From Naegleria gruberi (Eukaryota), in the NCBI GenBank assembly GCA_000004985.1, contig GG738862.1: a stretch of DNA of 64,000 bases. One strand, given 5' to 3'. The position numbers and the translations under genes were made by a program. Shown piece by piece: positions 20,787 through 30,698 of this stretch (the stretch's first letter is position 1; each line of letters begins with the position of its first letter). The notes under the pieces are model-generated. The model saw nothing but the letters and a program-made list of their open reading frames with translations. It did not search any database and was not told the DNA's origin.

Positions 20787-23700
20787 TTTTTTGTTAATTT
20801 TCCATTCTTGGGTTTATACTTGAATGCCTCGAAATCAATTTTGGTTCTTGGCATGTTATCTGATAGAGGGACTTGCAGCTTGACTGGAATGTTGGGTACT
20901 TTTTTAGGTACGATATTTGGTTGCTGTTGTCGTGAAGCAAACTCATGATTCGAGGACCTTATTGAATTGTTTGAAGTGTTTGATATGTTGGCATAGTTCA
21001 TTACTGGCATACTTGGTTGAAAGTAAGGTTGTTCTTGATATTGAATTGGTGCATTTCGTGATGTTGTCAGGAATGGCTCAAACTGTTGTTGCTGATGCTG
21101 TGTCCTGTAATTCAAAGGGGGTGCTACATTATTATTTGCAAAGCTATTGAATGGACTATTCATCATAGATTCCACTCTGAAAGCTTGTCTCAGTGGTGTG
21201 AAAGTTTCTCTAGGAGGCTCCTCTTGTATCATTCTCCCCCTTTGACCAAATAATGGAGACGGTGGTATTCTTCTATAAGATTCTTGCACATTTGGAATTT
21301 CATTTACAATCTTTGATTTCTTAAATGGTTGAAAAATTGGTTCTTGGTTAAAATTGTCTTGTTGTGTCAAAGAAAAGAGTCTCTTCTGGTTTATCGACAA
21401 TTCATCAGGAGGCCTCTCAAAAGAGAAAGGGATGGGTTCATTAACGAAAGAATAACTTAGATCTTGTTGTGTAATGAATGAATTAGTAAACGTAGATGGA
21501 TTATCTTGACTAACATCCATCACATTATCTGCCCTATAATGTTCATCCTCTGCTTCCGCTATGTGATTTCTCTCCTCAAATCCATCAAATATTTCGAATA
21601 GAACGTTGTACAATAATTTCTAATATATGTAAATGTTAAATGAGATTATTAAATAACATACCAAGCCAGTCTCTGTGAAATACCTTCCTAGATGTTGTGA
21701 AAATTCTTCATATGATTTCATTTGGCATATTTCCTTGATGGAGTAGTTCTGTACTATTGCTTGTGCCGAAAAGAAATTAACACAAGGGAATTTTGAAAGA
21801 AATGCCTCTTGAGGATTCTCCTTTTCTCTTATCCAAATAATGTCATGATTTAGAGCTTTGGATTGGGCCATTACTTCCACACATATCGAATTGATAATCT
21901 CAGCACTTTGATCCATGTTGTAGCTGTATCTTAAATTCACTTCTATTTGTAAAGATTTAGTAAAGCAGAGGAGAGAGCTAGAAACAAAGGATAAAGAATC
22001 AATAGATATAGTTCCTGCTGAGCTGCTTTCAATAATTACCCAACAGTAGGAAAATTGCAATGCCAGAGAAAGAATTCTATTGAATAAATCAGTAATTTCC
22101 TCTCTGTATGTATCAAGATTGTTGAATTTGTACAGAATGATACAATGCCTTTCATTAATTATTATATCTGCTGGAGAAAACAATGTAGAATTCCTCTCCA
22201 CAACATTAATCGAGAATCGTGATTCAAGCTCAGAAAGTAATTCGTTATTTTGAATACACTTCTCTGTAACAATGATTCTGCTAGATGCTGAGTTTTCTGA
22301 TTTTGATTTAAAACAGTACAGTCTCTCTAGATGGTCCAGTTCTTTGTCTTGTAGTATTGAAAAGCTCTTTTGCTTTTGTAAAATTTGATCAATAATTTTA
22401 GAATTCACAACTAATTCCTTCTCTTTTTTCAGTTTATACTTCAAATTCTTGACCCAAGATTGATTTAGCATGTCCAGTGATGTTTGTGTTTCTTCTCTTT
22501 CTAATCTAGACGATATAGCGAAATATCTCACCATATTTCTGCAAACTAGAGAATATAAAACATCATTATAATCTCCTGGTTCAATTTGGATCAATATATC
22601 TATTCCACTGAAAGCGTTCATATCTGAAATGTTAGCAATGTTGGAAAATGTTGTTAGATAAATATGAGGCTCTGGTTTTAAAACTCCTTCTGATAGTTTC
22701 ATTTCAGTTCCAATATTTAAGCTCTTCAATTTTAGATTATTTTCAACACTGAAGAGAGTAAATATGTTGTGTCCTTCCTCAAAAAAATTGGCAATATCTG
22801 AAAGAACCTTGTTATGCTTGGATAGAATAATTATTTTGGATTTTTCATCATAAAGCTCTTTGGCATGAGCCACTACTGTTTGTGCTTTGGTTTTATCCTC
22901 TATCTCATTGGTTAACTTAACCATTTGGAATGATATTTCTGAAATAGCGCCATCTAAAAGTGTTCGATAGGTGTCTGTTTCTTTAATTTTATCCAAATAA
23001 GCTTTTCCTACAGCAATTCCACCGTCCAAAGTTGCTTCAAAAAGGTACTTGAGTGTATGAAGACAAACAAGCTTTTTAAATGTGGTCCTTGTCTCGATAA
23101 TTCTCTTTGCATCGTTTGAAGATAGAACTACCTTCAAGTTAGTGGCATATTCTTCTACAATCCGTTTTAAGAAGCTGTAATACTATTAGTATTCATTAAT
23201 GTCGAAAGAAACTTACTCTGATTGAATACTCAAGAATTTGATGGACTCAAAACTATATCCCTTCACTCCTGAAATAGAGGACAATGTGAATTCTCCAACT
23301 TTGATAATATTCTCCAAAAACTTTGATGCTTTTCCTGATACAGGCACACTAATCTTTGCAGACAGTTGTGGTGATACATCCATTAGTATTTGCTTTGACA
23401 TTGTCGAGTCAAGCAGATGGGAAAGTTGTTGTATGTCTCTCGAAGGTATGCACGACATGATGATGGTTTGTATATTCTTCTTTGAAATGGAATACATTCC
23501 CTCTACAAATTTTGAAATTGGAATGAATTGATCTTGCTCAATTAAAACATGCTCCTTGTAAACTATTAGGCAACATTTTGAAAGTAATGCCTCCATCCTT
23601 TGAATAAAGCTCTCTGCAATACTTCTAGAAATGAAAAGAACCTTACATTTTTGTGAAATACTTGTAATCTTGGTTGTAAAATTATCCTTTGTTACCATGG

Positions 23701-25891
23701 ATAAACTCTTTGAGTGATTAAAAAGAAAGGATTTGATAAATCTATAGTCTTTCTCTAATCTTGTTTCATCACCGTCTATGTGAATGAACATGGAGTTTGA
23801 GCTACAGTTCTTCAACTTTTGGAGAAGTAGAATACTCTCTACCATTCTCAATTCCTCATCTTGTAGAACTACCAAAGAGTTTTGAACAAGAATGCTCCTT
23901 ACCATTTGAGAGTGTCTTGGCGAGATCTTTACATCTTCTGGAATGAATAACGCCTCTTCCTCATTAGGTTCCTTCTCTTGGAGTGAGGTGGTGGGAATAG
24001 GAGCAAGAGAAGGTTTTTTGAATGTAAGGAAGGCATCTAGATTATCCTCTAAAAACTCATTAAAAACTATCTTCTCTTGTACCTGTATTGGTGATAAATT
24101 TGGCGAATCTTGCTCAATAATAATATTGGTTTCATCCTCTTCATCCTCTTTCTCCATGTCAGTTATTGATGTCGAGTTATAATTTTCAAATTCTCCAATA
24201 TCTACTAGAGTTTCCATAAGTGATTCATACTTGTAGAGTGCGCCTTTTCCATCATCTTGATAATGGCTAACTGTTTCAGAGTAGGTAGATGATTGTTGGA
24301 ATAAATCTTGTAGAAAAAACATATCCTCTGTGGTGAATTCCCTTTCCATCTCCTCTATTTCACTCAACTTGTTAAATATCTTCTCTGAGAATATTCTACT
24401 CCTCGAGTTGGGAGTCATATTGTTTGGAATTTTGAGCACTATCTCTAGTTCCTTATGATCATTGAATAATTCCTTAACAAATGATTCACTAACACTATTT
24501 TCCATTAAACTCAACCCTGAGGCTAGAGATTTGCCATCCAACAATTCAGCTTCCTTTCTAGATAAATAGATAGAATCTGATAGCCATAAATTTTGTAGAG
24601 TAATTTCAATATTTGATGTCAATTTGGGTTTTACAATTTCCTCGATTGGTATTAGTTTGATTGGTACCGGCCTTGCATCTAGAAGAGGACAAGGAATTGT
24701 TCTAATATCATCTGAGTTGATAATTGAATCACTTGAAAATATAGCACTCCTTTCTTCCTGTATTTCCTGTTCAAGATGATTCAAGCACCAGTATTCCTGG
24801 ATAGTTTTTGCGCTATTGGCAATTTCAGAAATTGAATTTTTGGATAATTCTTGAAATGATGCATAGAATTCATCCAAAATGTTCAAATTGTACCTGTGTT
24901 CAATTTCAAGAATTGTATTTTGACAAACATCTTCCATCGTATCGTGCTCAAATATGTCATTATTGTTGTTGTTAGTGGACCTGGTTCCAGCTTTGGACAT
25001 CTCCCTAGACAAGTACTCATTCAAATAGGCTTTAGAAAACTCCAAAAACTTGATGTTCACTTCAAAATTGTACCTATTTGAGCAGTTTGATTCGTTGATT
25101 ATTTCCTCTCCTATAAGTATTGAATCGCTTTCCTCTAATAATTCTTCGAATTGATAACAAACAGGAATCATCTTAATTTCATCAAATGTTTCTTCCTTTT
25201 CAAAAACTCGTTGATTAGAATGTAAACCATCTAGCCAATCATTTGAATAGTCTGTAGGGAGTGAATCCATAGCAACCCACTCGGAAAGCACTCGTTCATC
25301 AATTAAATTTTCCACAGCCTTACTCTCAGGTTTACAATTAAATTTTGTTTTTTCCAGTAGTGTGGAAAATACAATAGAAGGATTGTAAAAAGGTTGACAA
25401 ATCTCTTCCGAAACCAATAGATGACAATCTAATATTTGTTCCTTGCTCTCTGACAAGTCATAATAATCAAGATAGTCTGAATATGCTTCTCCACTCCTTG
25501 TTATCGGCAATCTGTCTGTATTGAGAATAGATTCCACTTCATTCATCTCTTCCTCCTCAAGTAAATCCGTACAGATCATGTCCTCGTATGATTTTAATTG
25601 TTGAACACTTTCAATAGGATCCTGACAAGGACATGAATATTTATCTATTCGAAAAGCAGTATTACATTGTTAGATTATTAATATTAAATTCATTCACTTA
25701 CCGTTCATCATTAATTCTCTAGCCTCAACAAGTAAAATCTGATCGTATTCCTTGATGTTTGTTGGAAACTTTTTCAAAGGCTTGTCATCTTGAAGTGAGC
25801 AGGGAAGTTTAACTTGACAAATTCTCTCCAATCTGAGTTTAATCCTCTCAGTATGCATGGAATGATAGTCCTTGCAACTATGCTCAAACAT
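20780..25891 (-). CDS. large hypothetical protein, 4 exons, 1656 aa (Q/N/P-rich C-terminus)
   Basis: Model: complement join(20780..21619, 21662..23174, 23217..25644, 25702..25891).
- ATG at 25891 (MFEHSCKDY...).
- Introns: 25645-25701 (57 nt, GTAAGTgaatg...ttcgaatag, phase 1); 23175-23216 (42 nt, GTAAGTttct...tattacag, phase 2); 21620-21661 (42 nt, GTATGTtatt...atatattag, phase 0).
- This links four ORF-track ORFs; total 4971 nt = 1657 codons.
- No recognisable domain by eye. Confidence 0.6.
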
Positions 25892-26202
25892 TGTTACGTA
25901 GTTGAGTAGTCAATCAGTAGTTTTGATGATGGCAATTTTTTTAGTGGTAATCACAATTTAAGGCTTTGAAATTTTGGAGGGAAAGTTGTTAATGTTCACT
26001 CCACAATGTAATCAGTCACTCAAGAATCACCTTGATATTGTTATTAGAGTATTGCTGTATAAATTCACTCATTATCATTGTATTAATATTATGATAGGAG
26101 AGATATTTCAAGGTCATCCTCATCAATAAGTGTCTTTTGCATATTATCTACGAAAAAACTAGCTGTTTAAAATCTGTAAATCATCAAATAAAAAGGAAGA
26201 AA

Positions 26203-26661
26203 ATGAGCGCCAACAAACACAAAACCAAGGAGGAACGAATGGAAATTGTCAATGAATATCTTCAACAACAAAAGGAGAAGGAAGCAGTTAAGGCCCAAAG
26301 TGATTTATCGTTTTCGATATGGAAGGTAGGTTGTAGTGGTTAACCTCAATTTTCATAAATGATGTGATGATAAAACCTTGATGATGATGGAAATTAATTG
26401 CATGTAGAGAATCAATCCAGGATATGTTGTTCCAACAGAAATTTATAAATCAACAACAAAGGATACTTTTGTGTAAGTAGTCAATTGTTCGGAAAAGCTG
26501 AAAAACTTGATAGTCCTCAATATTCGGATCCAATCGATAAGTCCTACAATAGAATGTTGGACAAGGCAGCTCAGTGGAATGAAGAAGATTTAAAGACTTT
26601 TGGTAAATTAACTTCGGCAACACCAAAGGCTGCCAGTGAGAAGAAGCCATGGAAATTCTAA
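26203..26661 (+). CDS. small conserved-looking protein, 3 exons, 111 aa (function not recognised)
   Basis: Model: join(26203..26325, 26408..26472, 26514..26661). Introns 26326-26407 (GTAGGT...catgtag) and 26473-26513 (GTAAGTagtc...cttgatag). The product is MSANKHKTKEERMEIVNEYLQQQKEKEAVKAQSDLSFSIWK-RINPGYVVPTEIYKSTTKDTF-V-PQYSDPIDKSYNRMLDKAAQWNEEDLKTFGKLTSATPKAASEKKPWKF. Total 336 nt = 112 codons. Confidence 0.5.
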
Positions 26662-27019
26662 ATTATTCCAACTCTTTATACTAGGAATCATCATGTTGAT
26701 GATTGTGAATCCGATGGATTGAGTACACAAGATGATAGAGTAACGAACGTTATCTCATGTGCCATTTACTTGTAAATCAAAATTAATTATTGTACTATTA
26801 ATAAACTGTAGAAAAATTAAATGTTATTATTTCCAATAGTATCACACATGATGTCCTCCAAAATTGTTGTGATGATGAAGAAGATATCTTGGTGAAGGGA
26901 CACAAAACTGTCATTCTTTTATTCTGTCAAAAATGCCTTGCCTAAAAACTTTATTGTAAACTACACTACCTCCAAGTCATCCAAAAATTTTAAAAGTTTG
27001 TTGAAAAAAAAATCGTAAA

Positions 27020-27352
27020 ATGGTATGTATCAGTCACCTCATCCTTTTTTCTTACACCACAATTATCAACAATCTTATTTCATCATCAAAATTATAGCCA
27101 AAGCAAATCTTGAACGTTAAGGAATTCCTTGCTCTTGCTGTTGCCGCTAAGGAAAAGGGAAGCATCACCCTCTACAAGTCAAAGGACAGAAAGAACAGAT
27201 CATACAAGTTCAAGCTTAGAACCAGACAATACCTTTACACTTTGAAGATGAAGAACAAGGTTAAGGCTCAACAATTGGAAAAGGCTCTCCCACCAACTTT
27301 GAAGAAGTCTTACATTAACCACCCAGAAAAGAAGGAAACCAAGAAGCAATAA
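27020..27352 (+). CDS. RPL38: 60S ribosomal protein eL38
   Basis: Model: join(27020..27022, 27098..27352). The ATG is followed immediately by a GTATGT intron (27023-27097, ...attatag). The exon-2 product, M-PKQILNVKEFLALAVAAKEKGSITLYKSKDRKNRSYKFKLRTRQYLYTLKMKNKVKAQQLEKALPPTLKK..., aligns to eL38 ([46 protein letters not shown]...LPPGL). Confidence 0.8.
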
Positions 27353-27700
27353 ATTTGTTCTCTAAATCTTAAAATTAAAACAAGTTGAGAATATTTTGTT
27401 GTTAATTATCAAAGCACAATAGTATCATTGTCTAAAGATATCAAGCAAGGATATTTATCTTCTACTTTTCAAAATAATTCACTCTTGTTGTTTTGGAAAA
27501 TACTTTAATACACTCGAATTTTAATGGAAAAGGATCAAGAATCATCTTGAAGATTTATTTGCCTAGATTCAAAGTATTACATTCTATTGTTTTGGTTGTG
27601 ATAGGAATATTGAGAAGGGAAGATTGGTGTGAAAACAAATGGAGGTAATAGGTGTTCTGGTGTTCAAAATCATGTCTAAATCACATCTCGAAAAAGCCGA

Positions 27701-28057
27701 TCATCTCTTTGGATTTCTCAACACTAAAATTACAGAATCTCCTCTCAAAAACAACTTGTTTGTGAAACGTGTCTTGTTGATTGGCTTTGACTTTTTTCTT
27801 CCCTTTCCACTTTTTGGTTGTTCCGTCCACATTTCCTGTACATTTTCCAATACCATATTACAGTGTCTATCAAAGGCTTTAACTCTAGCCAACAATTTTC
27901 TATTATTTCTACAACTAATTAAAATTTGTGTTTGTTCACGAACACTTTCCAACAATAACGAGAGTGGTCCCTTTTCAAATAGTAATTCCTCTTCCTTTTC
28001 CAATTCCTCAGCAGTCTTTTGTGGAGCTTCTGTGGTGGCTGCTACTGTTTGCGACAT
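27701..28057 (-). CDS. SNRPD2: small nuclear ribonucleoprotein Sm D2
   Basis: ATG at 28057-28055, single exon, 118 aa. Sm motifs: [50 protein letters not shown]...[17 protein letters not shown]...[12 protein letters not shown]. Near-colinear with metazoan SmD2. Confidence 0.85.
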   Translation of the reverse strand: MSQTVAATTEAPQKTAEELEKEEELLFEKGPLSLLLESVREQTQILISCRNNRKLLARVKAFDRHCNMVLENVQEMWTEQPKSGKGRKKSKPINKTRFTNKLFLRGDSVILVLRNPKR

Positions 28058-28324
28058 GATAAATTATTGTTGATGATGAATAATTGATTATTTTTTGATG
28101 ATTGGAAAATTCTTTAGAAAATTTTTATTAATTTTATTTGATCAACGAGCTTGTGAGATGAAAATACAACACATGGAACAAAGAAAATTACATTGAACAA
28201 GTAGTAAATTAAATGTTTTAGCACTCCTAGTTAGAATCAATGATGAAATATTAAGAACAAAGAAAGTTGTTAGTGATGTTAATGATATGAAGTATTTGAA
28301 AGGAATTAAAAAAGATTGAAAAAA

Positions 28325-29449
28325 ATGATGATTAACGATAATGAAGAGGAGGCTTTTAAGGATGATTTTCCTCCACCACCGGCATTCTATAGATTGTATC
28401 ATCCAACAAAGAGTGAATATATTCCTCCAGAACCACCTAAACCAGTTCCTAGAGGAGAAACTTATATATCATTCGGAGAAACATTAACATCTTTTGTAAG
28501 TTTTTGCTCCTCCTGATGTAAATAATATTTAACAATATATGATGGTGTTGTATGGTCATGTTGTGGATCAAAATATTCATCAAATTAAAATTATTATTGG
28601 AATGGAATTAATATTTTGTTTAAATTATTATCATCATCAAATTGGATCAATTTATTATTGTTTATCGATAATATTTGGATTGAATTATTTACCATCCTAC
28701 TATTTATTAAATAGAATGAATTTAATCCAATCAAATCAGGATTTGAAACTGTTAAAAAGCTTTACGGTGATAAACCACTAGATAGTATAGATCATGTTGC
28801 GGAATTGAAAAAACTAAATAGATCTTTATTGTACAATTATTTGGAATTGTTGGATTTGCTGATTGAACATCCAACCCTTCAAGTGAATGAAACTGAGGAT
28901 ATTTCAACAATTACAAATTTTGATGGATCAAAGACCATTGTCAAGTTTTGTTGGGAATTGAAATTACATCAAATCGAGTTAATTTTCATTAACATGTCAT
29001 TCCTGTTAAATTATTATAGACCTCATCAAGCTAGAGAACAAATGATAACAATTTTACAAAACCAATTAAAGAGAAGAAAGGAAGTCACAGAAAGTGTGGG
29101 AGATTGTATACAATATTGTCACAAGGTGCTCAAAGAGGCCCAAATGACACTGACGAGTATTAATTTACAAGAGGATGTATTCTTAAAGACTGTTGCTTCA
29201 GAACCAGCTGCTTCTTCAGTATTGGAAAATGATAGTTCCATGACTGATTTTTATATGGGTCAATCAAACCCAAGCAAGAGAAAGAGAGAAGATGGCATGC
29301 AAGATGAGGATCAAACATTAACATCCTTCACACATGACTTGAATGGATTTGGATCAACAAGTGGTAGACAACATGACAAGAAACATAAGGATACTAATGT
29401 TAGTGTTGTGGATATTAATGATGAAATCATGCAGGAATTTTTCCAATAA
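28325..29449 (+). CDS. MED7: Mediator complex subunit 7 (MED7), 2 exons
   Basis: Model: join(28325..28495, 28715..29449). Exon 1 encodes FPPPPAFYRLYHPT...PPKPVPRGETYISFGETLTSF. A 219-nt intron (GTAAGTttttgc...ttattaaatag) follows. Exon 2 encodes NEFNPIK...DHVAELKKLNRSLLYNYLELLDLLIEHP...LLNYYRPHQAREQMITILQNQLKRRKE, which matches the MED7 core (KLNMSILINFLDLLDIL...NEYRPHQARETL). Confidence 0.65.
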
Positions 29450-29596
29450 TTTATTGTATATAAAAAGAGTTTTTGAAAGATGATGGTAATGAGCTTTTAA
29501 TTTGGATTCTACTGAGAATTATTTTGATCGATAAGATGGACATCCTAATTCGATTTAAGATAGATACTGAAATAATGCAGGAATTCTTCTAATAAT

Positions 29597-30139
29597 TTAT
29601 TCGAGCCTCTTCCTTACAATTGAATTATATTCTGAAAAGTGATTTCTAAACTTGCTCAATTTCAAGTAAATCATCCACAAGTGACCTAGCAAGCCACCAA
29701 ATCTTTCAGAATGCACCAATCGACATGAATTCTCACTCTCTTCTACCACTTGGAATGTATGCTCTCCGCTAAATATTGGAAACCATTTGAATCCAACAAT
29801 TCCCTTCCATCCAAAGATAAACTCTTCCTTCTCATCTTGTTTTGACACGTGCCACTTCCACAATCGAGCATTCATCACATTATCCTCAGTGAGAATTGAA
29901 ACTCTGAATGGTATTTGTTCCAAGTGTGGTGTTAAAATTGCATTTGGATCAGTAACTAATCTCTTGGCGAATACTTCCTCCAAATCCAAGCCATTTCCGA
30001 GAGATTCCCACTTGACAACCATTCCAATTGGATAGTGTTCTCTCTTGGTTATATATTCAAACACCTCACTTGCTGGCTTGTTGATAATGATTGAGCTGCT
30101 TACTACTTTCTTCCAAAATTCAACAATTGGTTGATTCAT
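29597..30139 (-). CDS. SRPBCC (START/Bet v1/COQ10-like) fold protein, hypothetical
   Basis: ATG at 30139-30137. 180 aa with the alternating beta/long C-terminal helix pattern typical of SRPBCC proteins. Assignment is by pattern only. Confidence 0.4.
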   Translation of the reverse strand: MNQPIVEFWKKVVSSSIIINKPASEVFEYITKREHYPIGMVVKWESLGNGLDLEEVFAKRLVTDPNAILTPHLEQIPFRVSILTEDNVMNARLWKWHVSKQDEKEEFIFGWKGIVGFKWFPIFSGEHTFQVVEESENSCRLVHSERFGGLLGHLWMIYLKLSKFRNHFSEYNSIVRKRLE

Positions 30140-30698
30140 TTTTCTTATTCGTTTTATTAATAATTAAGGGTTTTGTTCGAGTTGTTTTTTTGTTGTCTTG
30201 TGTAAATCTAGTTACTGTCTGACAAACGCTATTGCAGTATTTATTTGAGAAGCTATAATAGCGCAGTGTTTCTTTGAGTCGTTCAATAGGCGAATTGTGG
30301 AAGAGTGCGAATGAAGACAGTTTGAATAATTGAGCGTTTCTATTTTTGGATCCTTACTGGTTTACGGGATTCTTTAGAAGGTTGTGGGTTAATTTTGCTG
30401 AGGTGAACAAGTGAGAGATTAAATCGTCTATGAGATTTTATAAGATTGGTCCAATTCTCTCTCAAGATTTACAAAAGGGCAACAAAATGAAACAGTATTC
30501 GAAGGTTACAAATTTTACAGAGATTGAAATCACTAAATTTCAAACCTAAAAAGGTGGAATGACGGAATGAAGCTCCCGTCAATTGCCATCAAGTAAAACA
30601 TCTATTCTGTTTTCGTCCCTTACCAACTTTGATGACCTTATTGGGTAATTATAAGCGTTGTTTAGTTTTGAGAGAAACAAAAATTATTCAGAAAAAAT

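Noticed and set aside
28539-28781. 80-aa ORF on + strand
   Set aside because: It lies entirely within the 219-nt AT-rich MED7 intron (28496-28714) and flanking sequence. The amino-acid composition is that of translated AT-rich DNA (I/L/Y/N-rich).
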